Positions 16,512 through 25,861 of a DNA stretch of 32,000 bases are shown here, one piece after another. Source of the DNA: an uncultured archaeon (GTDB taxonomy: Archaea > Asgardarchaeota > Jordiarchaeia > Jordiarchaeales > Jordiarchaeaceae). The stretch is from the NCBI GenBank assembly GCA_964510585.1, contig CAZECW010000062.1, positions 1-32,000 of the forward strand, given 5' to 3'. The notes beneath the pieces are model-generated. The model did no database searches, had not been told where the DNA came from, and worked only from the letters and a program-made list of their open reading frames with translations. The translations under genes and the position numbers were made by a program. Numbering within the stretch: the stretch's first letter is position 1; each line of letters begins with the position of its first letter.

Positions 16512-17132
16512 TTGGCTGAAAAAATTTCCCCTCTTGAAATCGTTGTTTTTTCAGATTACATTTGTCCATTCTGTTTTGTAGGGTACCTCACCCTGAAAAA
16601 ACTTAAGGAAGAGTACGGTGACAGAATTAGCTTCACCTGGAAGCATTATCCCCTCTATCCGGGAACAGTCAAACCCTACTTTTCCGATGAGTACATTCTC
16701 AACGTCTTTGAGCGCATAAAGAAACTGGTTGAGGAGAGGGGGCTAGACTTCGATATTGTTCCTCCAAAGCTTCCCTTCACGCTCCCCGATTCTATGAAAG
16801 CCTTCGAGGCCAGTGAGTGCGTCCGAGACCAAGGCAAATTCTGGGAGTTTCACGAGAAGGTTTTCGAAGCTTTATTTAGGGAACACAAAGACATTGGTAG
16901 CATCGAAGTCTTGAAAGAAATAGCTGCCAGCATTGAAATAGATATGGAAAAGTTCGAAAAATGCCTGAAAAACGGGTCAAAGAGGGAAATTATAAAGCAA
17001 AACTTCCGCGAGGGAAGAAACAGAGGAATCACAGGGGTTCCAACTTTCATAATAAAGAACCACGCAGTCATAATTGGAGCCGAACCCTACTCTCTCTTCA
17101 AAGAAGAAATTGACAGAGCCCTAAGCATATAA
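16512..17132 (+). CDS. DsbA/FrnE-like thioredoxin-fold oxidoreductase
   Basis: FSDYICPFC active site, helical insertion, GITGVPTF cis-Pro loop. Confidence 0.88.
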   Translation: MAEKISPLEIVVFSDYICPFCFVGYLTLKKLKEEYGDRISFTWKHYPLYPGTVKPYFSDEYILNVFERIKKLVEERGLDFDIVPPKLPFTLPDSMKAFEASECVRDQGKFWEFHEKVFEALFREHKDIGSIEVLKEIAASIEIDMEKFEKCLKNGSKREIIKQNFREGRNRGITGVPTFIIKNHAVIIGAEPYSLFKEEIDRALSI

Positions 17133-17190
17133 AGCAAATAAAAAATCTTCTAAACCATTAAAGATAAATGAATAGGTGAATTTTGAGAGT

Positions 17191-18504
17191 CTATTCTCCA
17201 TAACGGCGCCCCAAGGACCCCGACTTCTCTGCGTACTTATAGCCCCACTTATCCAAAGCCCTTTTCAGTTCAGGGTGAGTCTCCGCATATCTCTCGAGGG
17301 GAATTTTTTTCATAACAGCATCAATAGCTTGCCTCATTGCAGTAGCCCCAGCCCTAGTACCGTCCGGATGGCCATGAATACCGCCTCCCGCATTGATAAC
17401 AAGATCTGTTCCCAACAACTCAATATTTTTGGGAACAAGCGCCGGGTGAATTCCACCCGAAGCCACGGGCATTACTGGTTTAATATTGCCCCAACCTTGG
17501 ATTAAAACTTCCCCAGACTCCTTCGCCTCAGCTACCTCCTCGGGAAGCCCCATTTTACCAGCAGCTGTTCCACTGTGCAACTGATCCCCCCCAGCAAGCC
17601 TAGTTAATTTGGCTATCACCCTCATGTGGACTCCGTGAAGAGGATTCCTAGTGAAAGCAGCATGAAATGTTCTATGACAGTGGATGGGAAGCTTTATTGA
17701 TGGATCCTCTGCAAGATGCTGTAGTGCAGCTAGGCCAGAGAGCAGTATGTCGAGCATAATCATGTTTGCTCCGTTCTCCACAGCGTAATCTGCAAACTCC
17801 AGCAACCTGTTTAGGTTTCCAGTTATGTTTAACGCGTAAAATACGGTTCTTCCAGTTTCCTCTTTTACTAGGTCTATTTTCTCCATAACCTTGGAGAGCC
17901 TCTCCTCAAGGGGACAGAAACTCTGAGAAACTAGGGTTTCGTCGTCCTTGATAAGGTCCACTCCGCCCACTGCTGCTTCGTACGCTACCTCGGCGGTCTG
18001 CGAGGGATTGAGCCCAACCTTAGGTTTAATGATGGTCCCCAAATGAGGCCTTCTATCTTTTTTGGTGCCCACAATTTCCCGTACACCCTCTAAACCAAAT
18101 TTTGGTCCCGGAAAATATGTGAGCACAGACTTGGGAAATTCGGCATCCAGCAGCCTCACATTTTTCAGAGCGGTTAGGCCAAATAGATTTCCCATAATCA
18201 TACTCATTATGTTGGGGATACCTCCCTTTTCCAAGTCAAAGAGTTCAACGGGAAAGGCTATCTTAACTAGGCCAACTCCCTTCTTCCCCTTTTCTTCGAA
18301 TTGAAAAGCCTTAGCAGCAAGTCTCCGCTGAATATCAGTAGTAACGGTTCCAATGTCGGTCCAAGTTCCTATGGATTCTTCCGCCGCTATAGCTTCACCA
18401 GCACCTTTAAGGCTGCCGTCGGTCTCCACATAGTAGGTGCAAATAATATGATTTTCAGGGTCGATTCCCGAAACATCAGAAAAAAATATCCCTTCCAAAA
18501 CCAT
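17191..18504 (-). CDS. rbcL: RuBisCO large subunit, form III-type
   Basis: Catalytic equivalents present: E60/T65/W66 (AEESIGTW), N123 (GNLFG), K175/K177 (IKPKVG), K201-D203-E204 (IKDDE), H294/R295, H327, K334 (AGKM), S379-G380-G381, GGG-GHP. Confidence 0.88.
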   Translation of the reverse strand: MVLEGIFFSDVSGIDPENHIICTYYVETDGSLKGAGEAIAAEESIGTWTDIGTVTTDIQRRLAAKAFQFEEKGKKGVGLVKIAFPVELFDLEKGGIPNIMSMIMGNLFGLTALKNVRLLDAEFPKSVLTYFPGPKFGLEGVREIVGTKKDRRPHLGTIIKPKVGLNPSQTAEVAYEAAVGGVDLIKDDETLVSQSFCPLEERLSKVMEKIDLVKEETGRTVFYALNITGNLNRLLEFADYAVENGANMIMLDILLSGLAALQHLAEDPSIKLPIHCHRTFHAAFTRNPLHGVHMRVIAKLTRLAGGDQLHSGTAAGKMGLPEEVAEAKESGEVLIQGWGNIKPVMPVASGGIHPALVPKNIELLGTDLVINAGGGIHGHPDGTRAGATAMRQAIDAVMKKIPLERYAETHPELKRALDKWGYKYAEKSGSLGRRYGE

Positions 18505-18559
18505 TCCACCACCATATTTATTAAAAATATAAATTTTAAAAATACTTTTCTAATGTAGA

Positions 18560-19228
18560 CTAGGATTCCTTTCCTATTACTAAGTCTATATTTTTAACTT
18601 TTGCCATTCTTCTCATTTCTTTGGCTACGTTGCTGGGTGCGGTTAAAACGCGTAGAAACAGGTATCTGGGCTCCTTTTTGTATTTCTTCTTTGCCGCCTC
18701 AGCCTTCCTCAACAACTTGGATATTTCCTCAACACTCTCAGCATAGGCGGTAACCTCACCCACAACTAGGGGCTCCTCACTGAAAAGATTTATTTCCTCC
18801 CCATCCACAACCGCCCTCTCCAGACTCACCCCCACGGGCAGAATTCCCCGCTCCCTAAGAGAGCCACTCATCCAGTCCCTCACAAACTCCTCCAAACTCA
18901 CCCCAGCAAACCTCCTCATAGAATCAAAACCCACAAAAAGCTCAGACCTAAGATCTACATGTCCCTTCTCCAAAGCCTTAATCCTCTCCAACATCTCATT
19001 GAAATCTTTCCTCAGCTGCCTAATGTCCTCCTTAATACCCCTAATCTCCTCCCAGATTTTGAGCTGATCCTCCTTAATACCCCTAATGTCCGCCCAGATT
19101 TTTGTTTGTGTTGCTTCGTGGGCGTCCATCCTTCGGATTATCTCATCTAACCCGAGGTATCCTAGGACTGTATACCTGAACTCTTCGTCTTTCTTCAATA
19201 ACGCTAAGAAATCTTCCTTTAGACTCAT
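18560..19228 (-). CDS. paREP15/DUF3782-like coiled-coil protein with degenerate PD-(D/E)XK-like C-terminal domain
   Basis: N-terminal LKEDFLALLKKDEEFRYTVLGYLGL, heptad repeats, C-terminal EINLF...VVGEVT. Confidence 0.65.
   Translation of the reverse strand: MSLKEDFLALLKKDEEFRYTVLGYLGLDEIIRRMDAHEATQTKIWADIRGIKEDQLKIWEEIRGIKEDIRQLRKDFNEMLERIKALEKGHVDLRSELFVGFDSMRRFAGVSLEEFVRDWMSGSLRERGILPVGVSLERAVVDGEEINLFSEEPLVVGEVTAYAESVEEISKLLRKAEAAKKKYKKEPRYLFLRVLTAPSNVAKEMRRMAKVKNIDLVIGKES
19029..19102. repeat. 42-bp-period coding tandem repeat
   Basis: tccttaatacccctaat(c/g)tcc(t/g)cccagatttt starts at 19029 and 19071, 30/32 identical; encodes KIWADIRGIKED / KIWEEIRGIKED. Confidence 0.85.
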
Positions 19229-19490
19229 GGGTAAACAAAAACACCTGATGTATATAAACCTTAGTGGTTAAGGATAAAATGGTGAAACTTTAAAGAGGGT
19301 TCTAAAAAATTACTTGCGCTAAAAAGATTTTTAGACCAGAATAAAAATGTGTTTCCATAAAAAACAATAGGGAATAGGATTGAAAACGACTGCAAAGTGA
19401 TTTTTTCTAAAGGGGGAATCTAGCAGAAGGGCGTTTTAACTACTGAGACTTATCTTCCTGGAAATAAAGGGGAAGGAATGGTGTTGTTGG

Positions 19491-20588
19491 CTAGATTCTG
19501 ATTTTTATGTTTTCAATAGGGTATGCCATGCACGGGTGGATGTATCCGAATTTGCGGTCGGCTTCCAGCAATGTCACGGTGTTGGGCATGAATACCTTTC
19601 CTGAAACTAGTTTGGTGCGGCAGGTTGTGCATACCCCCGAGCGGCAAACTGCGGGGATGACTATGCCCTCCCTTTCCAGCGAGTTCATAAGTGGCTCGCC
19701 AGCACGAGCTTTGAAGGTCTTTTTTCCGATTACCTCCACGGTGAACATATCGTCTGCCTTTATGCCTTTTGGCCAACCTGGCTCCAATGTTACATCGTCT
19801 GGTGGACCGTAAGCCTCACGTTTGAGTCTCCTTCTGGGCAGGTTTAAACTAGCCAGTTCAGTATCGCAGAAATTGTACATTGCTTCCGGTCCGCACATGT
19901 AGAATGTTTTACCATTGGGGTCGCCGATCTGGTTCAAAATGATGTCCCTAGTTAAGAAGCCGCATAGTCCCTTGTAACCTTCTGGTGGCTCGGAAATAAC
20001 CACGCTGTAGTGGATGTTTTTATTCTTTTTTGCTATTTGTTCTAGTTCCTTTCCGAAAATTATGTCTTCTGGAACGCGGCTACCGTAAATAAGCCAAATG
20101 TTTAGATCGAGTTTCCGCTCCACAACTTCTCTTATGATGCTCATGAAGGGAGTTATTCCACTGCCACCTGCAAGAAATACAAGGTTTTTTCCATCTGTGA
20201 GTGGTTCATAATAGAACTGCCCCATGGGACCCGTGGTTTCGAACTCGTCGCCAACCTTTACTTTGTCCAGCAGATAATTGGACACAAAGCCACCCTTCTT
20301 TCGGCGAACTGTGAGGTCAATGTAGTCAGTCTTCGTGGGAGGAGAAGATATACTGTAGGGTCTGCTGGTGAGCACATTTCCTATTTTGACGAAGAGGTTA
20401 ACGTACTGCCCAGCTCTGAATGGTGGTAGCTTTCCCTTGGTTGGCACCATTCTGAAGGTCTTGGTGCTCGGCGTCTCCTGAATTATTTCTTTTACTTTAA
20501 GATACATTCTTTCTGGATGTAGGCTTTCCACGATTTTCTTCACAAAGTCTGGCTCTTTAGTATAATCTCTCGGTTTTGCTTCCGACAT
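19491..20588 (-). CDS. FNR-family FAD/NAD(P)-binding reductase with C-terminal plant-type [2Fe-2S] domain
   Basis: RPYSISS, GFVSNYL, GPMG, AGGSGITP, MCGP, CRSGVCTTC...C. Confidence 0.92.
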   Translation of the reverse strand: MSEAKPRDYTKEPDFVKKIVESLHPERMYLKVKEIIQETPSTKTFRMVPTKGKLPPFRAGQYVNLFVKIGNVLTSRPYSISSPPTKTDYIDLTVRRKKGGFVSNYLLDKVKVGDEFETTGPMGQFYYEPLTDGKNLVFLAGGSGITPFMSIIREVVERKLDLNIWLIYGSRVPEDIIFGKELEQIAKKNKNIHYSVVISEPPEGYKGLCGFLTRDIILNQIGDPNGKTFYMCGPEAMYNFCDTELASLNLPRRRLKREAYGPPDDVTLEPGWPKGIKADDMFTVEVIGKKTFKARAGEPLMNSLEREGIVIPAVCRSGVCTTCRTKLVSGKVFMPNTVTLLEADRKFGYIHPCMAYPIENIKIRI

Positions 20589-20606
20589 TTTTTTCTTCCT
20601 CCTTTT

Positions 20607-22103
20607 TTATTTGTTCTTTATTTCTTTTATTACCTTTTCTGCGGCCCAGCGGCCTGATGTTATGCAGGGCTCGTACCCTCCTCCTGGCTGAGTCCAAGCC
20701 CCGGCAAAGTAGAGACCCTTAACGGGGCCCTCATTAGATAAGCGTGAGAGTGGTCCGTCCTTTACAGAATAGGTGAATCCCAGATATGTTCCTCCGGGGT
20801 TGCCCGAGTATCTCATGAGGGTTATTGGGGTGGCAACTTCAATAACCTCTATGTGCTCTCTTAAGCTGGGTATATGTTTTTCCGCCTTTTCAATCAGCAT
20901 TTCTGCATACTTGTTTTTAGTTTCTACATATTTTGAGGGCGGGGTGCTGTACCATGGTTCGGGGTCGCTGAGGGCTGAGAGTACAATTACGGAGGTCCCC
21001 GGAGGGGAAAAGTTTGGGTCGCCCTTATTGTACGCTGTTAATAGTAGTAAATCGGTGTCATTTAGTTTCTTCCTTGATTCGTAAACTTGGTCATGATTAT
21101 ATGTGTCGTAGTACCAGATTTCGAAATCATCAACACCAAGTTCCTTGCATGAGACATCCATCCCCATATAGGCGGTTACCAATGATGTACTGATTTCACT
21201 GGATCTTATCCTTTCCAGAAAGGATTCGGGCACCTTATCCTTTCCGATTAGGTTGACTGCAGTGGAGATAGGATTAACATTTGAAATAATGTAGTCACTA
21301 TATATTTTTTCACCTTTCTCAGTGATTACTCCTTTCACCTTGCCTCCCTCTGTGAGGATTTGTTTGACTCCGCAGCCAAGCCTTACCTCTCCACCGTTTT
21401 TCTCTATGACATCTACAAATGCGCCGGATAACATGGCGGATTTTCCAAAGATTTGTTTGGGTCCATTCCCTATGTATGAGGAGAGGGCAATGGCGAATAG
21501 AACGTAGGATATTTTTGAGGGCGGTAAGCCGAAGTAGGGCCAGTACACGCTGAGCACCGCCCTGAGCTTCTCATCCTTAACGTAGGAGTTTACCACCTCG
21601 CCCCAATTCTTATCCATCTTTGTGAGCAGGTATTCTTGGAGTTGCTCCTGAGTCATCTTAGGCTTTCCTGTTTGCAGATAATCAATCGCGTAGCCCGTGT
21701 TAAAAGACAACTCAAAAATTTTCTTGATTCCCTCCGCCTCCCTAGGAAAATGGTCTATGAGAATGCCCTCCGCAGCCTCCCGGTTGGCCGGAATTGTTAT
21801 GTCAATGTCGGGAAACACCGCCCTATAACAGTCCTCCAGACTCACAAATTTAACTCTGTCCATTACGCCCAATTCCTCAAGAAAGAGGCATAGCCCACTC
21901 TTCTCCTTCAAATTTAGCCCAGACATCTGGTGGAGAGCAATTTCAAACTCGAAGCGCCCCCTAACAAATGTTGAAGCGTAGCCTCCAGGCTGATTGTGGC
22001 GCTCTAAAAGCAATACGTTTAACCCATTTTTAGCAAGCGTCGCCGCCGAAGCCAGGCCGCCCAAGCCTGCACCTATAACTATTGCATCGTATCGGTCAGC
22101 CAT
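20607..22103 (-). CDS. CrtI/phytoene-desaturase-like (COG1233-type) FAD oxidoreductase
   Basis: IGAGLGGL...ER...PGG dinucleotide fold, GGEVRLGCGV, ATPIT, GLYFAGAWTQPGGG. Confidence 0.85.
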   Translation of the reverse strand: MADRYDAIVIGAGLGGLASAATLAKNGLNVLLLERHNQPGGYASTFVRGRFEFEIALHQMSGLNLKEKSGLCLFLEELGVMDRVKFVSLEDCYRAVFPDIDITIPANREAAEGILIDHFPREAEGIKKIFELSFNTGYAIDYLQTGKPKMTQEQLQEYLLTKMDKNWGEVVNSYVKDEKLRAVLSVYWPYFGLPPSKISYVLFAIALSSYIGNGPKQIFGKSAMLSGAFVDVIEKNGGEVRLGCGVKQILTEGGKVKGVITEKGEKIYSDYIISNVNPISTAVNLIGKDKVPESFLERIRSSEISTSLVTAYMGMDVSCKELGVDDFEIWYYDTYNHDQVYESRKKLNDTDLLLLTAYNKGDPNFSPPGTSVIVLSALSDPEPWYSTPPSKYVETKNKYAEMLIEKAEKHIPSLREHIEVIEVATPITLMRYSGNPGGTYLGFTYSVKDGPLSRLSNEGPVKGLYFAGAWTQPGGGYEPCITSGRWAAEKVIKEIKNK

Positions 22104-22207
22104 AATTTTCCCTCTACTAACTTTCTTAACACACCTCCTAGAGCCAAATTTTCTATTTTAGATTTAATATTCTTTGGAACTGCCCATATTTTTATTTTAC
22201 TTTTAAA

Positions 22208-23710
22208 TTAGTGTCCTTCATCCTTTTTCCTGATTATTGCCTCAGCTGCAGCTTTACCGGATAATATGCAGTTTTCATAAGCTCCTCCAGGCTGGCTCCA
22301 AGCATTTGCCAGGTAAAGTCCTTTTAGGGGTCCCTCTTGAGGAAGTCTCAAGGGTGGAGATCCAGCGGTGGAGAAACTAAATCCAAGATAGGTTCCCCCA
22401 TGGTTCCGGGTATATCTCATTATGGTTAAAGGTGTGAACACTTCTACCACTTCTATGTGTTCTCGAAGCCCCGGAGCCACCCTTTCTGCTTTTGTAATTA
22501 GTCTGTCTGCAAGTCTATTTTTTGTTTCTACGTATTTGTGGGGTGACAAATCGTACCAAGGATCAGCATAACTCGGGGCTGTGAGTGTAACAACTGAGGT
22601 GCCCGGCGGTGAGAAGTCGGGGTAGGCTAAGTTGTATGTGGTGATTAATTGGTGTTCTGGCTCTTCTAGGGTAAAAGCTTTTTGGTAGGCTTTGTCAAAG
22701 TCTGGATGGTCGTTTAAACCTATTTCAAATTCTTTTATCCCAAGCTTATTATGTGGAACATCGAGCCCTAAGTAAACTCCAATGAGGGAAATTCCCACTT
22801 CATTTGACCTGAGTTTATCAAAATATGTGCTTGGTATTTTCTCTGCTCCTATTAGGTCTAGTGACATGGTTATCGGGTTAGCATTGGAGACAATGAAATC
22901 CGATTTTATCTGTTCACCGTCATCTGTTATAACCCCAGTTACTTTGTCTCCCTCTGTGAGTATCTTCTTAGCCCCGCAGCCGAGGCGCACTTCACCTCCA
23001 TACTCATTGATAAGCTCCACAAAGGCCGCGGCTAGGCCGTGAGATTTCTCTTTGGGTTGTGCTCCACCATAGTGGAATAGATGGGACATGGCAACTGCAA
23101 AAATTATGTAGTCCACCTTTTTGGGTGGTAGACCCAGGAACATCCATAACTGGGAAATTATTGCTCTTACGATGGGATTCTTAACTTCGGGATACATTAT
23201 GTCGGCACAAGTTTTTCCCAAGTAACCGAGCAGGTTTTTTGAGAGCTCCTCCTGAGTGAGGCTGGGGTCTCCTTTGCGGAACTTGTTTATGGTTTCGAAG
23301 GTTGCAAACATCCGGTTTAGAAATTTTGTTATGTCTTCGCTGTCCTTGGGAAAATTTTCCTTCAACACGTTTTCAATATTTTCTTTACCGGTGGGTAGAG
23401 TGATTTCAAAGTCTGGAAATACACATTGGTAAACGTTCTTCAGTTTTGTGAATCCCACCTTCTTGGTAATTCCCAATTCCTCAAGGTAGGGAATAAGATT
23501 TCCAGTTTTCCTCTCCAGATCTGTGCCAGAAAGCATATGGAGTGAAGAGTCAAATTCGAAGCGCCCCCTAACAAAACCAGTGGCGCAACCTCCGGGCAGC
23601 TCCCTCTTTTCAAGTAGGAGAACACTCAGCCCACTCTTAGCTAACAGAGCAGCAGAGGAAAGACCACCAAGACCACCGCCTATGACTATCACATCATACT
23701 TATCAGGCAT
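22208..23710 (-). CDS. CrtI/phytoene-desaturase-like FAD oxidoreductase, paralog
   Basis: IGGGLGGL...EK...PGG, GGEVRLGCGA, FTPLT, GLYLANAWSQPGGA. Start placed at MPDKY (23710); ORF track extends to 23731. Confidence 0.85.
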   Translation of the reverse strand: MPDKYDVIVIGGGLGGLSSAALLAKSGLSVLLLEKRELPGGCATGFVRGRFEFDSSLHMLSGTDLERKTGNLIPYLEELGITKKVGFTKLKNVYQCVFPDFEITLPTGKENIENVLKENFPKDSEDITKFLNRMFATFETINKFRKGDPSLTQEELSKNLLGYLGKTCADIMYPEVKNPIVRAIISQLWMFLGLPPKKVDYIIFAVAMSHLFHYGGAQPKEKSHGLAAAFVELINEYGGEVRLGCGAKKILTEGDKVTGVITDDGEQIKSDFIVSNANPITMSLDLIGAEKIPSTYFDKLRSNEVGISLIGVYLGLDVPHNKLGIKEFEIGLNDHPDFDKAYQKAFTLEEPEHQLITTYNLAYPDFSPPGTSVVTLTAPSYADPWYDLSPHKYVETKNRLADRLITKAERVAPGLREHIEVVEVFTPLTIMRYTRNHGGTYLGFSFSTAGSPPLRLPQEGPLKGLYLANAWSQPGGAYENCILSGKAAAEAIIRKKDEGH

Positions 23711-23947
23711 TTTTCTCTCTCTCCATTTCAAAGCCAGTACAACAATTTTTTGAAAAAGGCCTTCTTTTCAGATTCTTGATTTTAGTCTTTTAGGTGGAAA
23801 AATTATTTATGCATATTCTAAGCGCAATCCTAAAATTTTAGCATCGATTTCTAGTAGCTAACACCCCTAAAAACTTCATAAAAGAGCATGGGAATGAAAC
23901 ATACCGCCTATTTCGTCGCCTTAGGGACTAAGAATTAAATTGTAAAG

Positions 23948-24418
23948 GTGGAGGAGTACGTTTTGTCCAAAGTTTTAATCGTTTATTGGAGTAAGTATGG
24001 GAACACCAAACAGGTGGCTGAAGCAATAGCTAAAGGTATTAATGAAGCGAAAAAGGCTGAGGTAGTGGTCAAGATTGTTAAAGACACCAAACCCGAAGAA
24101 GTCCTAAAGTACGATGCTTTAATTATTGGTTCCCCAAATCATGGGGGAGGACCTGTGGGGGGCATCAAGAATTTCTTAAAAAAACTAGAGAAAATTAACT
24201 TGAAAGAGAAGTCAGCTGCCGTTTTTGACACGCATGCCAGAGATGACATTAAAACGGTTCAAAAAATGGAGAAACAAATACGGGAAAAACTTCCCAGCCT
24301 AAAACTCGTAGCTCCGGGCTTAGCAGCGCAAGTCAAGGGATATTTGAAGGGCCCACTTGTTGAGGGGGAACTCGCCAAAGCTGAAGAATTCGGAAAAAAC
24401 ATTTCCCAAAAGATTTAA
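23948..24418 (+). CDS. Short-chain flavodoxin-like protein
   Basis: VYWSKYGNTKQVAEAI FMN loop, IGSPNHGGG, AVFDT. Confidence 0.85.
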   Translation: MEEYVLSKVLIVYWSKYGNTKQVAEAIAKGINEAKKAEVVVKIVKDTKPEEVLKYDALIIGSPNHGGGPVGGIKNFLKKLEKINLKEKSAAVFDTHARDDIKTVQKMEKQIREKLPSLKLVAPGLAAQVKGYLKGPLVEGELAKAEEFGKNISQKI

Positions 24419-24479
24419 AAAAGGCACATTAAAAAAGCCTTCAAGGAAGTGAGTCTAGCAACTTTTAACCCGCTGTTTT

Positions 24480-25637
24480 TTATTTATTATTGTTTTTGTT
24501 GCGTCGTAGGTAGAGTATGAAAAACAAAAAGCCAGCAATTGCCATGACCAGGGCGAAGAGCATGGTGTATCTGTATCCCCATATTTGGCTGATGACTCCT
24601 CCTATTATGGGCCCTACAACGGTTGAGAGGCTTAGTGTGAAATTGAGTAGGCCTACTGATGTTCCTCTTTCGATTCCGCTTTCGGCTACAAATTTTAGGG
24701 AGCCTATATAGAGTAGTGACCATGAGAGGGCTAGAACTAGTTGTATGGGGATTGTCTGCCAAAAGTTTTGTGCAGCGAAGTATAGGGCGAAGGTTAATGC
24801 AGAGAATGAGAGTCCTCCGACAACTAGGGATGTGCTTTTGAATCGGTCTAGGGGTCTCATTATGAAGAATTGACCGATGGAATTTATTGCGTATAGCATT
24901 CCTATCCAGAGCTCGTTTGCACCAAGCTGGCTTAGGAAAAGTGGGAAAATTATCCATGTAGCGTATGCACCCGTGTGCCTCATGAAGAAAGCTATGTAGA
25001 TGGAGATATTTCTTTTAATTACATTTTTGGGAAACATTGGTACTTTGAGTCTAACATCTGGTATTGACATTTTGAGGGCCATTAGAAAACCCAAAAAGAA
25101 GAAAATGCCGGCCAATACAAACACTTGCCAGTAGACTGCGACGATGCCCGCCAAGAGGTTACCCACACCCCAACCTAGGGAACCGTAAGAGACAAATTTG
25201 CCCATTTTTCTCTTTATCTCGTAGCCATAGGCGATTAAGGCTTGGGGATAGATTCCCACACAGAAACCCGCCGCCGCCCAAGTCATTGTAAAGATTGTAC
25301 TGTTGGGAGCCAAAGGCTGCAGGGAGAACAACAGTGCGGATGATAACAGGCCAGCTACTAACAATGTTTTTCTTCCCGTAACATCAGCTGCTCTACCAAA
25401 AATGTAGTTGGAAATGAGCTGGGCTAACCCGAAAAGGGTGCCAATCAGGCCTATTTGGGTGTCGGTGGCACCCAAATCTTTAGCAAAGAGGGGAATAATT
25501 ATGAAGCTGGTGGCTACAGAAACATTGGCCAAAAACATTATGGCGTTAGGCTTAAACATCGAAACCTGGTTAGCCTCTACTTGTTCAGTCTCCGACTTTT
25601 TCCCGAACACTCTGCTTAGCAGGTTACTCTTCACCAT
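24480..25637 (-). CDS. Major facilitator superfamily transporter
   Basis: About 12 hydrophobic segments; motif A variants GRAADVTGRK and RPLDRFKST. Confidence 0.9.
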   Translation of the reverse strand: MVKSNLLSRVFGKKSETEQVEANQVSMFKPNAIMFLANVSVATSFIIIPLFAKDLGATDTQIGLIGTLFGLAQLISNYIFGRAADVTGRKTLLVAGLLSSALLFSLQPLAPNSTIFTMTWAAAGFCVGIYPQALIAYGYEIKRKMGKFVSYGSLGWGVGNLLAGIVAVYWQVFVLAGIFFFLGFLMALKMSIPDVRLKVPMFPKNVIKRNISIYIAFFMRHTGAYATWIIFPLFLSQLGANELWIGMLYAINSIGQFFIMRPLDRFKSTSLVVGGLSFSALTFALYFAAQNFWQTIPIQLVLALSWSLLYIGSLKFVAESGIERGTSVGLLNFTLSLSTVVGPIIGGVISQIWGYRYTMLFALVMAIAGFLFFILYLRRNKNNNK

Positions 25638-25861
25638 TTGCCCTTCATCTTTTACCCTTTATATATGGATTCGAGAATATTTTTAAGAATAAAACTGTAA
25701 ACGAACAAGCTTTAATTCTTTATGGTAAACCCAAGACACACTATCCATAAAAAATAAGAGAAAACAAGTATAAAACTTATGATTTTCCTAAAAATAAAAG
25801 AAAAAATACTTAAAAAAATAGGTTTAAGGAACCCATCTGATGAAGCGTGCTTGTTACCGAT

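Noticed and set aside
17191-18504. RuBisCO-like protein (form IV)
   Set aside because: N123, K175, K177, H294, R295, H327, K334 and S379 equivalents are all retained, which is atypical for RLPs.
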